This document shows positions 1 through 14,925 of a stretch of DNA of 64,000 nucleotides, piece after piece. Source of the stretch: Nitrospirota bacterium (GTDB lineage: Bacteria > Nitrospirota > Thermodesulfovibrionia > Thermodesulfovibrionales > Dissulfurispiraceae). Numbering within the stretch: the first letter of the stretch is position 1; each line of letters begins with the position of its first letter. The translations under genes and the position numbers were made by a program. The stretch is from contig CAWBMP010000004.1 of the NCBI GenBank assembly GCA_963790025.1, positions 1,568,001 to 1,632,000 on the forward strand, read 5' to 3'. The notes below the pieces were generated by a model, which was given only the letters and a program-made list of their open reading frames with translations, did not search any database and was not told the DNA's origin.

Positions 1-30
1 GCTTAAATCCTGAGGTACCATGGGTTTTTT

Positions 31-44
31 TGTTCTTTGAAAAC
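31..44 (+). promoter_or_regulatory. rrn leader boxA-like antitermination site (a second copy lies in the spacer at 1657-1669)
   Basis: TGTTCTTTGAAAAC just before the 16S processing stem; TGATCTTTGACAA in the spacer. Confidence 0.6.
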
Positions 45-84
45 TAGAGGTAGATTCTGTCAATGATTATTTGAGTTTAGGAAA

Positions 85-1610
<1,526 letters not shown>

Positions 1611-1691
1611 TAAGGAAAGAGAGACAGAATCTACCTTTTAGTTTTATAGATGATTATGATCTTTGACAATGCAGGGGAAGAGAAGTAAAGA

Positions 1692-4721
<3,030 letters not shown>

Positions 4722-4786
4722 CTTCTTATTCTCTCTCCCTTGCTTGTCAAATTGTCTATCTTACATAGTGCACGCTTTCGCTGTAT

Positions 4787-4831
4787 AATTAAAGAAAGGG
4801 TATTATTATAATGCCCTTTCTTTAATTTTTT
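4787..4831 (+). terminator. Hairpin plus T tract after 23S (probable rrn terminator; overlaps TATAAT hexamers upstream of the sigma gene)
   Basis: AATTAAAGAAAGGGTATT-ATTAT-AATGCCCTTTCTTTAATT followed by TTTT. Confidence 0.65.
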
Positions 4832-4861
4832 GTGCTAAAGGTTGTTAAAGGGGTTCAATGA

Positions 4862-6283
4862 ATGAAAGAAAGAGATATATTTGAAGAAATAATAAACCTT
4901 GGCAAGCGGCGCGGTGTCCTCACATATGACGAGATTAATGAGGCGCTTCCATCTGAATTTTTCTCCCCTGACGAGCTGGAAGATCTTATGGATGTCCTCA
5001 GTGATATGGGGGTTAAGGTCGTTGATTATGAAGAGTCGATTCTTGGCGAGGAGGAAGCCGAAGAGGAAGTTGAAGAGTATGAGAGAGCTGAAGATCTGGT
5101 CCAGGCCTATTTTAACTCAATGGGAGATATATCCATTCTCACGAAAGATGAGGAAACAGACCTCGCAAAGAAACTTGAAGAAGGCAGAGATATCATAAGC
5201 AGGATCATATCGACACTCCCCATTTTTGACAAAATAAAGAATACTATCGATATAGAGGATGAAGAAGGCCTTACAACAGATGAAGAAAGGGCCGATGAGG
5301 CACTTATAAAAACGCTTTCGAGACTAGAGGAATTAATAGAGACAGCCGGCAGAACAGATTTGAAGATAAAGAGGTATGGCGCCCTCAAAGATTTCAGGGC
5401 GTTTATAAACGAGAAGAAGAAAAAGGGCCAAAACACAAAGCGGTATGACGTACTGCTTAAAGAGACACTGGCGGATTACAAGAAAATAGAATCAGAGATC
5501 GGGATAAGAGTTGACGTGTTGAAAGATCTCTGGCATAAGATATCCAAGGCAAGACATCTTGTAATGGAGGCAAAAAACGAGCTCATCACAAGAAACCTGA
5601 GGCTGGTTGTTAATATCGCTAAAAACTACGTGGGCAGGGGGTTGCCGTTGCTGGATCTGATCCAGGAAGGGAACATCGGCCTAATGAAGGCCGTCGACAA
5701 ATTCAAATATGAAAAAGGATTTAAATTCAGTACCTATGCGACATGGTGGATACGCCAGGCGATAACAAGGGCGTTAATAGATCAGACAAAGACAATTCGT
5801 GTTCCTGTTCACATGATGGAATTTTACAACCGCGTTACAAAGGCGTCGAGAGAGCTCACCCAGCAACTCGGACGCGAGCCGACAAATGAGGAAATTGCAA
5901 AAAAACTTGTTGTCCCTGTCAGAAAGGTTGAAGAGGTATTCAGGGCCATACAGGACCCGATAGCACTACAAACGCCCATTGGCGATGAAGATACGGAACT
6001 TGAAGATTTTATCGGCGATAAGACAAGCCCATCGCCTTATTCGGATGCCGAACGTATCGAGACCTCAGAGCAGATACAAAGAGTGCTCAGAACGCTCACT
6101 CCCAAAGAGGAAACTGTGATAAGGATGCGATTCGGCATAGGCGTCGACAGGGACCATACACTTGAAGAGGTAGGCAGGTATCTCTCAATAACGAGAGAGC
6201 GCGTACGCCAGATAGAGGCAAAAGCCCTCAGAAAATTAAAACACCCGAGCAGATTAAGAGCGCTGAAAATACTCACCAGTTAA
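4862..6283 (+). CDS. rpoD: RNA polymerase sigma-70, group 1 (RpoD-like)
   Basis: region 1.1 (GKRRGVLTYDEIN), DLIQEGNIGLMKAVDKF, FSTYATWWIRQAI, TRERVRQIEAKALRKL. Confidence 0.85.
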   Translation: MKERDIFEEIINLGKRRGVLTYDEINEALPSEFFSPDELEDLMDVLSDMGVKVVDYEESILGEEEAEEEVEEYERAEDLVQAYFNSMGDISILTKDEETDLAKKLEEGRDIISRIISTLPIFDKIKNTIDIEDEEGLTTDEERADEALIKTLSRLEELIETAGRTDLKIKRYGALKDFRAFINEKKKKGQNTKRYDVLLKETLADYKKIESEIGIRVDVLKDLWHKISKARHLVMEAKNELITRNLRLVVNIAKNYVGRGLPLLDLIQEGNIGLMKAVDKFKYEKGFKFSTYATWWIRQAITRALIDQTKTIRVPVHMMEFYNRVTKASRELTQQLGREPTNEEIAKKLVVPVRKVEEVFRAIQDPIALQTPIGDEDTELEDFIGDKTSPSPYSDAERIETSEQIQRVLRTLTPKEETVIRMRFGIGVDRDHTLEEVGRYLSITRERVRQIEAKALRKLKHPSRLRALKILTS

Positions 6284-6329
6284 AACATCAGGCAAAAGGC
6301 AACTGGCTAAAGGCAAAAGGTTGAGGCCT

Positions 6330-7688
6330 TTAGCCAGTTGCCGCAATTATAGAATCTTTGACCAGATCCATCAAGCTTTCAAGCAACTCAGTGCTTATAC
6401 CTATTGGGGGCATAATAACAATAACGTTACCCAAAGGCCTTATTAAAACACCTTTAGTCCTTGACTCGTATGCGACTCGCCAACCGATTCTTTCTTCCCA
6501 GGAGTAAGGTTCTTTAGATGATTTGTCCCTTACCAGTTCTATCCCCGCCATGAGACCCTTGTTTCTCACATTGCCGACATGAGGCAGTTCTGCAATATCT
6601 TTTAGTTTGGTATCCAGAAGCGCAATTTTATCTGTGGCTCCCTGCAATGTGTGTTCATTATCAAAAACCTCGAGACATGCAACCGCAGCAGCACATGCCA
6701 ATGGATTGCCGGTGTAAGAATGGCCGTGAAAGAAGGTTTTCAATTCACTGAATTCCCCCAAAAAGGAATTAAAGACTTCCCCGGTAGTCAAGGTCGCAGC
6801 GAGAGGCAGATACCCGTTGGTTATACCTTTCGAGAGGCACATTATATCGGGAACTACAGACTCATGCTCGCACGCAAACATCCTGCCGGTCCTTCCGAAA
6901 CCGGTAGCAACTTCATCCGCAACCAAAAGTACATTGTAGCGATCGCAAAGCGACCTTACCCCTGATAGATATCCTTCGGGCCAAACAATCATTCCCCCGG
7001 CAGCCTGTACAATCGGTTCAATCACAACTGCAGCAATCTCTGCAGAATGATTTTCAAGAATACTTCCCATCTCTTTAAGACATTCCTGACCACACGACCC
7101 GCACGTGCTTCCAAACTGACATCTGTAGCAATAAGGAGAAGACGCTTTGTATGTTTTAAAAAGAAGAGGGCTGAATGTATGATGGAAGATATCTATGCCT
7201 CCCACGCTGACCGCCCCAAGGGTATCTCCGTGGTAACCGTATTTCAACGAGACGAAGGAGTTCTTGCCGCTTTCTCCTTTATGTATCCAGTATTGATATG
7301 CCATTTTGAGGGCCACCTCTACCGCAGTTGAACCATTGTCGGAATAAAAGACCTTGGTTAAAGCCTTGGGCGCAATATGCACAAGCTTTTCAGCAAGCTG
7401 TATAGAAGGCACATTCCCGAGACCGAGGAGTGTAGAGTGCGCTAATTTATCGAGCTGCGTCCTGATCGCATCATCAATTTCCTTTTTCCTGTGGCCGTGG
7501 ATATTGACCCACATAGACGATACGCCGTCAATATACCATTTCCCGTAAACATCCTTTAGAAAACAGTCCTTGCCCTCGGCAATAATAATCTGGTCCTCTT
7601 CAACCCAGCCTTTCATCTGGGTAAAGGGATGCCAGATATACCTTTTATCGGCTTCTTCGAGCTGTTTTATTTCATCAAAATAACTCAT
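6330..7688 (-). CDS. bioA: Adenosylmethionine-8-amino-7-oxononanoate aminotransferase
   Basis: IWHPFTQM, SDNGSTAVEVALKMA, YHGDT, DEVATGFGRTG, CLSKG, FFHGHSYTGNPLAC; start placed at MSYFDE. Confidence 0.93.
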   Translation of the reverse strand: MSYFDEIKQLEEADKRYIWHPFTQMKGWVEEDQIIIAEGKDCFLKDVYGKWYIDGVSSMWVNIHGHRKKEIDDAIRTQLDKLAHSTLLGLGNVPSIQLAEKLVHIAPKALTKVFYSDNGSTAVEVALKMAYQYWIHKGESGKNSFVSLKYGYHGDTLGAVSVGGIDIFHHTFSPLLFKTYKASSPYCYRCQFGSTCGSCGQECLKEMGSILENHSAEIAAVVIEPIVQAAGGMIVWPEGYLSGVRSLCDRYNVLLVADEVATGFGRTGRMFACEHESVVPDIMCLSKGITNGYLPLAATLTTGEVFNSFLGEFSELKTFFHGHSYTGNPLACAAAVACLEVFDNEHTLQGATDKIALLDTKLKDIAELPHVGNVRNKGLMAGIELVRDKSSKEPYSWEERIGWRVAYESRTKGVLIRPLGNVIVIMPPIGISTELLESLMDLVKDSIIAATG

Positions 7689-7835
7689 GGCAACTGTTTG
7701 GTTAATAGATTTATTAGTATACCACAACATTCCGCAGGGGCTACGCTGTTAACGGGACCCGATTTGATTAACAAAACCTTAACGCTGGCTTAATACTCCT
7801 GTAACACTTCCGCTGCTAATATGTTTATTAACCGA

Positions 7836-8783
7836 ATGAAAAAAATCCTGTTCATTTGCGGCTCTCTCAATCAGACAACTCAGATGCACCAGATAGCTCG
7901 CCACCTTGCCGATTATGACTGTTACTTCACTCCTTTTTACGGGGATGGGGTCATAAGAACGCTCTCGAAAAAAGGTTGGCTGGACTTCACTGTTCTGGGT
8001 GGCTCGTTCAGGCAAACAACTATGCGATACCTCCGGGAAAATGGATGCAGAATCGATCATGAGGGTAAAGGTAACAGCTACGATCTGGTCCTGACATGCA
8101 GCGATCTGATCATGCAGAAAAACATACTGAAAAAGAAAGTCGTTCTCATTCAGGAAGGAATGACCGACCCGGAAAATTTCATCTATCACATGGTCAGGGC
8201 CCTTGGACTGCCCCGCTATCTGGCGAGCACGTCGATGACAGGGCTTTCCCATGCCTATGAGAAATTCTGTGTCGCGTCCGAGGGCTACCGTGACCTGTTT
8301 GTCGGGAAAGGGGTGGAGCCAGAAAAGATCGTGGTAACAGGCATCCCGAATTTCGATAACGTTCGGCAATATCTGGATAACGATTTCCCCTACAGTAAGT
8401 ATGTGCTTGTCGCCACCTCAGATACACGCGAGACCTTCAAATTCGACGATAGAAAGACGTTCTTAAAAAAAGTTGTGCAAATCGCGGGCAGCAGGAGATT
8501 GATATTTAAGCTTCATCCGAATGAGAATGCCCGGCGGTCTATAAAAGAGATAGGCTCAGTCGCGCCGCAGGCCCTTGTTTTCACTGACGGCAACGCGCAT
8601 CACATGGTCGCCAACTGTGATGTCCTTATCACCCAGTATTCCTCTCTCGCCTTCACAGGTGTTGCATTGGGAAAAGAGGTGCACTCCTATTTTGATATCG
8701 ATATGCTCAAGAGATTGAAGCCTGTGCAGAATGACGGCAGTTCAGGCCGGCAAATTGCCGAAGTATGCAGGAGATGCCTGTGA
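7836..8783 (+). CDS. Hypothetical protein, GT-B-like (possible sugar transferase or epimerase-like)
   Basis: KIVVTGIPNFD, LIFKLHPNE, CDVLITQYSS motifs typical of GT-B / CDP-glycerol-transferase-like folds; first gene of the coupled cluster. Confidence 0.5.
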   Translation: MKKILFICGSLNQTTQMHQIARHLADYDCYFTPFYGDGVIRTLSKKGWLDFTVLGGSFRQTTMRYLRENGCRIDHEGKGNSYDLVLTCSDLIMQKNILKKKVVLIQEGMTDPENFIYHMVRALGLPRYLASTSMTGLSHAYEKFCVASEGYRDLFVGKGVEPEKIVVTGIPNFDNVRQYLDNDFPYSKYVLVATSDTRETFKFDDRKTFLKKVVQIAGSRRLIFKLHPNENARRSIKEIGSVAPQALVFTDGNAHHMVANCDVLITQYSSLAFTGVALGKEVHSYFDIDMLKRLKPVQNDGSSGRQIAEVCRRCL

Positions 8784-9595
8784 ATATAATCACCCTCATC
8801 CAGACAAGGACAGGCTCGACGAGACTCCCCGCCAAAGTGCTGTTGCCGCTGGGAGGCAAGCCGCTTTTTATACGTATGGTGGAGCGGGTCAGACAGGCAT
8901 CATTTTCAGGCAAGGTTGTCATCGCCACCACCTATGATGCCAATGATGACATCATCGAGCAGATCTGCAGCACGGAAGCCATTCCGTGCTTCAGAGGACA
9001 CCCTCTCGATCTGCTCGACCGCCACTACCAGGCCGCTGTCAGATACGGTGCTGACGCTGTTGTAAAAATCCCCTCCGACTGTCCGCTTATCGATGTACAG
9101 GCTATCGACAGGGTGCTCGCTTTTTTCATCACCCATATAGAACGGTTTGATTATGTGAGCAACCTGCACCCTGCCACATACCCCGACGGAAACGATGTTG
9201 AAGTGTTCACCATTGATGCGCTGAAAACAGCGTGGACATATGCCCGCAGGTGGTTGGAGAGAGAGCACACTACCCCATATATGTGGGAGAACCCGGAGCG
9301 TTTCCGGATAGGTAATGTGCATTGGGAAACCGGACTTGACTATTCCATGTCGCATCGCTGGGTGCTGGATTATAAAGAAGATTACGAATTAATACAGGCG
9401 GTGTATAACGCGCTGGCAGATAACGACCAATGCTTCAGTATCGGGGCGATTCTCAGCTTTTTGGAGAAAAACCCGTCAATACGGAAACTTAACGAAAGGT
9501 ATGCCGGCGTGAACTGGTACCGGCACCATCTTGACGAATTAAAGACTATCAACCCTGAGCAAACACGAATAAAGGCGAAACTGGGGGCGGCATGA
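8774..9595 (+). CDS. SpsF-like cytidylyltransferase family protein
   Basis: IQTRTGSTRLPAKVL, SDCPLID, PDGNDVEVF, REHTTPY. Confidence 0.85.
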   Translation: MPVNIITLIQTRTGSTRLPAKVLLPLGGKPLFIRMVERVRQASFSGKVVIATTYDANDDIIEQICSTEAIPCFRGHPLDLLDRHYQAAVRYGADAVVKIPSDCPLIDVQAIDRVLAFFITHIERFDYVSNLHPATYPDGNDVEVFTIDALKTAWTYARRWLEREHTTPYMWENPERFRIGNVHWETGLDYSMSHRWVLDYKEDYELIQAVYNALADNDQCFSIGAILSFLEKNPSIRKLNERYAGVNWYRHHLDELKTINPEQTRIKAKLGAA

Positions 9596-10428
9596 AGGAG
9601 GAGCAACTTTTTCGATTACGGCAGATGGCACTGAAGGTGCGGGAACGTTGCATAAGAATGTCGTGTTACGGAGGGGCATTTACAGGTTCTTCCCTGTCAT
9701 GCACCGATCTGCTTGTTTATCTATATGGCAAATATCTCTCATTAGGCTCGGGCAATACCAACCGCGACTATTGTTTTTTATCGAAAGGCCATGCAGTCCC
9801 GGCACTATATGGCACCCTGGCAGAGATAGGCTTGTTATCGGAAGAAAGATTCGCGGCACATCTGTCGACCAGTGATGATATTTACTGGCACCCCAACAGG
9901 AATGTGCCGGGCGTCGATTTCCATTCGGGCTCACTGGGTCATCTCCTTTCGGTAGCTGCAGGTGTTGCCCTTGACATCAAATTGGAAGGACAGGAGAGCA
10001 AGGTGGCTGTTATCCTTGGGGACGGTGAACTCAACGAAGGGTCTAACTGGGAGGCTTCCCTGGTAGCAAGCTCTTACAAGCTCGACAACCTTGTCGTTAT
10101 TATTGACCGGAATGGGTTCCAGGCAAACAGGAAAACCGAAGACCTGCTCCCCCTGGAACCTCTTGATGCAAAATTCGGGGCCTTTGGGCTCGCTCCGGAA
10201 ACAGTGGATGGCCATGATTTCGAAAAATTGGACGAGCTATTTTCGCGCATACCGTTCAAGCATGGCCGTCCCAACGTGGTCATTGCCGATACTTTAAGGG
10301 GTAAAGGGCTTCCCAGCATCGAATCACGAGCCGACCGCTGGTTTTGCAATTTTTCTCCTGATGAGTTGGAGGGGCTTATTAAAGAACTGCATGATGCCGT
10401 ACTACCAAAAAGCGGGGCCGCGGTATGA
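9592..10428 (+). CDS. Transketolase-like protein, N-terminal (TPP-binding) subunit
   Basis: LSKGHA, GSLGH, GDGELNEGSNWEA, IDRN. Confidence 0.9.
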   Translation: MKEEQLFRLRQMALKVRERCIRMSCYGGAFTGSSLSCTDLLVYLYGKYLSLGSGNTNRDYCFLSKGHAVPALYGTLAEIGLLSEERFAAHLSTSDDIYWHPNRNVPGVDFHSGSLGHLLSVAAGVALDIKLEGQESKVAVILGDGELNEGSNWEASLVASSYKLDNLVVIIDRNGFQANRKTEDLLPLEPLDAKFGAFGLAPETVDGHDFEKLDELFSRIPFKHGRPNVVIADTLRGKGLPSIESRADRWFCNFSPDELEGLIKELHDAVLPKSGAAV

Positions 10429-11336
10429 CGACCTATCAGGAATTGCTCAGGGACATTGCACTTTCGGATGAACGAATCGTCGTGATGACTGCTGAAAACC
10501 TCGCCTCGATACGTAACATTCCCGGGGACCTCGGCAAACGCTTCATCGACACAGGCATTGCGGAACAGTCCCTTGTAGGGATGGCGGCAGGACTCGCTCT
10601 CCGCGGACGGATTCCGGTCGTGCATGCGCTCAGCGCGTTCCTGAGCATGAGGGCATTCGAGTTTATCCGGACCGATGTCGGCATCGGCAACTTACCCGTG
10701 AAACTCTGCGGAGGCGTTCCGGGTTTTCTTTCCGAAGCCAACGGACCGACCCATCAGGCAATCGAAGATATCGCACTCATGCGCATTATCCCTCCCATGG
10801 GTATATTCTGCCCATCCGACGAACAGGACCTCACTCTTGGACTAAGGCAGGTCCTGGAGCACCCTGGACCCTTTTACATCCGCCTGAACCACGCCAAACC
10901 TGTCATCCAACATTTATCAGATTTTGAAATCGGCAAAGCCGAAGTCATATATGACGGTTTCGATATCGCAATCCTCGTTTACGGATTTCTCTTGGCTGAA
11001 ACGGTCAAAGCCAGAGAGATTTTGAAAGCAAAAGGGCTATCTGTCCGCCTGGTCAATCTCCGCACTCTTAAACCTGTCGATGAAGAAGCTATTATGGCAT
11101 CCGTACGCCGCAAATCACTTCTGGTGACCGTCGAAGACCATTTTATTACCGGCGGACTGTATTCAATTTTATGCGAAATACTGATCAGAAGACATGCGAA
11201 ATGCCAGGTGCTGCCGATCAGTCTCGAAAACAGATGGTTCAGGCCGTCCCTTCTTCCAGGAGTTCTTGACTACGAAGGCTTCACAGGAGAAAAAATAGCT
11301 GAAAAAATATTGAAAAAATATAATGGAGGGCGTTGA
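10425..11336 (+). CDS. Transketolase-like protein, C-terminal subunit
   Basis: DTGIAEQSLVGMAAGLA, GPTHQAIEDIA, VEDH..GG. Confidence 0.9.
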   Translation: MTTYQELLRDIALSDERIVVMTAENLASIRNIPGDLGKRFIDTGIAEQSLVGMAAGLALRGRIPVVHALSAFLSMRAFEFIRTDVGIGNLPVKLCGGVPGFLSEANGPTHQAIEDIALMRIIPPMGIFCPSDEQDLTLGLRQVLEHPGPFYIRLNHAKPVIQHLSDFEIGKAEVIYDGFDIAILVYGFLLAETVKAREILKAKGLSVRLVNLRTLKPVDEEAIMASVRRKSLLVTVEDHFITGGLYSILCEILIRRHAKCQVLPISLENRWFRPSLLPGVLDYEGFTGEKIAEKILKKYNGGR

Positions 11337-11337
11337 T

Positions 11338-12660
11338 ATGCTGCAGTATCCAGTCATTGCCGAATCTGACAAACTCTATGCCCGCGCCCTGGGACTCATA
11401 CCCAATGTAACACAGACACTTGCAAAGGGACCGGGACAGTACATTAAAGGTGTCGCACCCAAGTATCTCAAGGAGGGCAAGGGCTCTCATGTATGGGATG
11501 CAGACGGAAACGAATACATCGATTTCACCATGGCAGTAGGCCCCCTTTCCCTGGGCTACTGTTATCCGCGTGTCGACGAAGCAATACGGGACCAATTAAA
11601 ACACGGCATAACGTTTTCGATGATGCATCCACTGGAGGTCGAGACAGCCGAACTGATTCGTTCCGTTATTCCCTCAGCCGAAGCTATCCGCTTCAGCAAG
11701 ACCGGAGCTGATGTGACATCAGCAGCGGTCCGTCTTGCGCGGGCGTACACCAAACGTGACAAGGTGCTCTGCTGCGGATACCACGGCTGGCATGACTGGT
11801 ATATCGGCGTGACCGACAGAAACAACGGCGTGCCGGGGGCCGTCAAGGACCTGACCTTTACCTTTAACTATAATGACATTGACTCCGTGGAAGCTTCTAT
11901 CGACGATGATACGGCTTGCATTATACTCGAACCCGTTGTGTTCGAAGAACCCCGGGACAATTTTTTGAGCAAGGTGCGTGACCTCTGTGACCAGCAGGGG
12001 ATAGTTTTGATCTTCGACGAAATGTGGACCGGATTCAGGCTGGCCCTGGGAGGCGCTCAGGAGTATTTCGAGATAGATGCAGATCTGGTCTGCTACTCCA
12101 AAGCAATAGCCAATGGGATGCCTCTGTCTGTGCTGGCAGGGAAAAAAGCAATAATGGAACTGCTGGAGAAGGACGTATTTTTCTTCACGACCTTCGGCGG
12201 CGAGGCATTGTCGCTCGCAGCAGCATGCGCAACAATCATGGAGCTGCAAGAGAAGGATGTACCACGAAATCTGGCACGGCAGGGAGAGAAAATAAAAAAT
12301 ACTTATAATGCCATGGCTGCAGGTCTCGGCATTGAATACACAAAATGCGTGGGCCTGCCCTGCCGCACACTTGTCACCTTTGATCCAAAAGCAGGCGATC
12401 CTCTCGTGATGAAATCTTATGTGCAGCAGGAACTGTTCCGGATGGGTATTCTATGGTCGGGTTTTCATACCGTCAGCTTCTCACATACCGACAGCGACAT
12501 TCAGCGCCTTTCAGAGGCATATGAAGAGGTGCTCCCGCTCCTGAAGACAGCGGTCGCTGAAGGAAACATATATGAACTCCTGCGGGGAGAGCCTGTGCAA
12601 CCGGTGTTCAGAAGGACAGGCAACTTCAATACCAAACCAAAACAGGCTGCCAGACAATGA
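11338..12660 (+). CDS. Class-III PLP aminotransferase (GSA-aminomutase-like)
   Basis: KTGADVTSAAVRLARA, GYHGWHDW, FDEMWTGFR, SKAIANG; GGAGG SD at 11325. Confidence 0.88.
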   Translation: MLQYPVIAESDKLYARALGLIPNVTQTLAKGPGQYIKGVAPKYLKEGKGSHVWDADGNEYIDFTMAVGPLSLGYCYPRVDEAIRDQLKHGITFSMMHPLEVETAELIRSVIPSAEAIRFSKTGADVTSAAVRLARAYTKRDKVLCCGYHGWHDWYIGVTDRNNGVPGAVKDLTFTFNYNDIDSVEASIDDDTACIILEPVVFEEPRDNFLSKVRDLCDQQGIVLIFDEMWTGFRLALGGAQEYFEIDADLVCYSKAIANGMPLSVLAGKKAIMELLEKDVFFFTTFGGEALSLAAACATIMELQEKDVPRNLARQGEKIKNTYNAMAAGLGIEYTKCVGLPCRTLVTFDPKAGDPLVMKSYVQQELFRMGILWSGFHTVSFSHTDSDIQRLSEAYEEVLPLLKTAVAEGNIYELLRGEPVQPVFRRTGNFNTKPKQAARQ

Positions 12661-13460
12661 ACATGTTTTCACTGAAACACATGGTAGCCATTGTCACCGG
12701 AGCACTCGGACTGCTCGGCAAAGAGCACTGCCGCGCCCTTGCAGGGGCAGGGGCGCACGTCGTCGTCAGTGACCTGAATGAAGAAAGATGCCGGGAATTT
12801 GCCCTCACTCTGACACCTGATGCACTCGGAGCAGGGACAGACGTATCCGATGCCGCCTCTGTAAGCAGCCTGCTTCATAAGACAATGGAGCGCTTTGGCC
12901 GTATCGATATCCTTGTAAACAACGCCGCAGTCAATGAGAAGTTCGAAGACCCTCTCCAGCACCTGAAAATGTCTCAGTTTGAAAATTTCCCCCTCGAAGT
13001 ATGGAAAAAAATAATGGATGTCAATGTTACCGGGGTCTTTATCTGTTCACAGATCATAGGCTCAGTTATGGCTGAAAAGGGCAAAGGCAGCATCATTAAC
13101 ATAGCATCCACCTATGGAGTCGTTGCCCCCGATCAGTCGATCTATAAAACTCCCGACGGACAGCAGGCCTTTTTCAAATCGCCTGCCTACCCGGTCAGTA
13201 AAGGAGCGGTAATTGCTTTCACAAAGTTCCTCGCTGCCTATTGGGGCCATCGCGGCGTCAGGGCCAACACGCTCTCTCCCGGAGGAGTTGAAAATGCTCA
13301 GGACGATTTTTTTGTTAGAAACTATTCCGCTAAAACCCTTCTGGGCAGAATGGCACAGCCCTCGGATTACAAAGGTGCCATAGTGTTCCTGGCGAGCGAC
13401 GCATCCTGTTACATGACCGGAGCGAACTTGATCGTGGACGGGGGGTGGACCGCTATATGA
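12657..13460 (+). CDS. SDR family oxidoreductase
   Basis: TGALGLLG, NNAA, YPVSK, GANLIVDGG. Confidence 0.92.
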   Translation: MNMFSLKHMVAIVTGALGLLGKEHCRALAGAGAHVVVSDLNEERCREFALTLTPDALGAGTDVSDAASVSSLLHKTMERFGRIDILVNNAAVNEKFEDPLQHLKMSQFENFPLEVWKKIMDVNVTGVFICSQIIGSVMAEKGKGSIINIASTYGVVAPDQSIYKTPDGQQAFFKSPAYPVSKGAVIAFTKFLAAYWGHRGVRANTLSPGGVENAQDDFFVRNYSAKTLLGRMAQPSDYKGAIVFLASDASCYMTGANLIVDGGWTAI

Positions 13461-14020
13461 GGACAGTGAAGCCCGCAACAGCAACGGTCAGGAACAAGGC
13501 CCGAAACATACGGTTGCTGCTCACTGATGTCGATGGCGTGCTTACAGACACGGGTGTGTATTATTCGGACAAAGGAGAAGCGCTTAAGAGATTTTCAATT
13601 CGTGACGGCATGGGAGTGGAGCGACTCCGCTTACTGGTAAACGTCGATACCGGCATTATCACCGGCGAGAAGTCGGCATCCATCAAAAAGAGGGCTGAAA
13701 AGCTCCAGATAATGGAATTGCATCAGGGTATTAAGGAAAAAGTGGGACTGCTGGATGAAATTGCGGCAAGAACTTCACTCAGCCGGCAGCAGATCGCCTA
13801 TATCGGCGACGATATGAACGACATCGAAATCATTAATGCGGTGGGGCTTTCCGCTTGTCCTGGCGACGCATTTCCTTTAGTAAAAAAAGCCGCCGATTTC
13901 ATCTGCCGCGCTCATGGAGGACACGGTGCATTCAGAGAATTCGTGGAGTTCATCATCGACTCTAAACTCAGCAGTAACAACGGCCGCAAGAGCCGCAAAA
14001 AAAGGAGGGACTCTCAATGA
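13457..14020 (+). CDS. KdsC-family HAD phosphatase (KDO-8-P / KDN-9-P phosphatase-like)
   Basis: TDVDGVLTD, RDGMG, IGDDMND, GGHGAFRE. Confidence 0.9.
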   Translation: MRTVKPATATVRNKARNIRLLLTDVDGVLTDTGVYYSDKGEALKRFSIRDGMGVERLRLLVNVDTGIITGEKSASIKKRAEKLQIMELHQGIKEKVGLLDEIAARTSLSRQQIAYIGDDMNDIEIINAVGLSACPGDAFPLVKKAADFICRAHGGHGAFREFVEFIIDSKLSSNNGRKSRKKRRDSQ

Positions 14021-14925
14021 AACCAATCAGGAAGGTTCATCTAAGGGAACACAGTATAGGAGAAGGCGAACCCGTCTATATCATTGCTGAAGTCGGAATC
14101 AATCATAACGGTTCGTTGGCGATCGCCAAGAAAATCATCGACGGAGCTGTTTTTGCCGGGTGCGATGCCGTAAAATTTCAGAAACGGACCCCTGAACTCT
14201 GCGTTCCAAAGGACCAGTGGTATATAGAGCGCGATACCCCGTGGGGCAGAATGACTTATATTGAATACCGCAGAAGGGTGGAGTTCGACGTCGAGGATTA
14301 CAGTGAGATAAACCGTTACAGCAAGGAGAGGGGCATTGTCTGGTTTTCCTCCTGCTGGGACGAGGAATCAGTTGATTTCATGGAGCAGTTCAATCCTTCA
14401 GTTTATAAAGTCCCTTCGGCCTCGCTGACGGACCACGACCTTCTCCGAAAGATAAAGTCAACCGGCAAAGCGATTATGCTCTCCACCGGGATGTCAACAA
14501 TGCAGGAAATAGAAGATGCGGTGAGTGTAGTCGGCAATGACAATTTACTGATAGCCCATTCAACTTCAACCTATCCATGCAAGGTGCCTGAGCTTAATCT
14601 CAGGATGATACCAGTGCTGATGGAAAAATACCCTGGTATTCCTGTCGGGTACTCAGGCCACGAAACAGGCCTGGCGCCAACGTGGGCCGCGGTCGCCCTT
14701 GGCGCCTCTTTCATTGAGCGCCACGTCACCATAGACCGGGCAATGTGGGGGACCGACCAGGCTGCATCGGTCGAGATAATCGGTATGCACAACCTTGTCA
14801 GGAACGTCCGCGACATCGAGAAGTCCATAGGTGACGGCATCAAAAGGGTCTATGACAGTGAAAAGGAAGCGCGTAAAAAGCTCCGCCGCGTCCGCAGTGC
14901 AGACGACGCAATTGCTGTTGCGTGA
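14017..14925 (+). CDS. NeuB-family nonulosonate synthase lacking the C-terminal SAF domain
   Basis: IAEVGINHNG, DAVKFQKR, LSTGMS, GYSGHE, IERHVT; only 302 aa. Confidence 0.9.
   Translation: MKPIRKVHLREHSIGEGEPVYIIAEVGINHNGSLAIAKKIIDGAVFAGCDAVKFQKRTPELCVPKDQWYIERDTPWGRMTYIEYRRRVEFDVEDYSEINRYSKERGIVWFSSCWDEESVDFMEQFNPSVYKVPSASLTDHDLLRKIKSTGKAIMLSTGMSTMQEIEDAVSVVGNDNLLIAHSTSTYPCKVPELNLRMIPVLMEKYPGIPVGYSGHETGLAPTWAAVALGASFIERHVTIDRAMWGTDQAASVEIIGMHNLVRNVRDIEKSIGDGIKRVYDSEKEARKKLRRVRSADDAIAVA

Noticed and set aside
11338..12660. Calling the aminotransferase hemL
   Set aside because: The sugar-pathway context and GYHGWHDW motif fit polysaccharide-cluster class-III aminotransferases better.
14880..14925. 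Guanidine riboswitch upstream of the SugE-like gene
   Set aside because: There is no leader: the start codon overlaps the NeuB stop.
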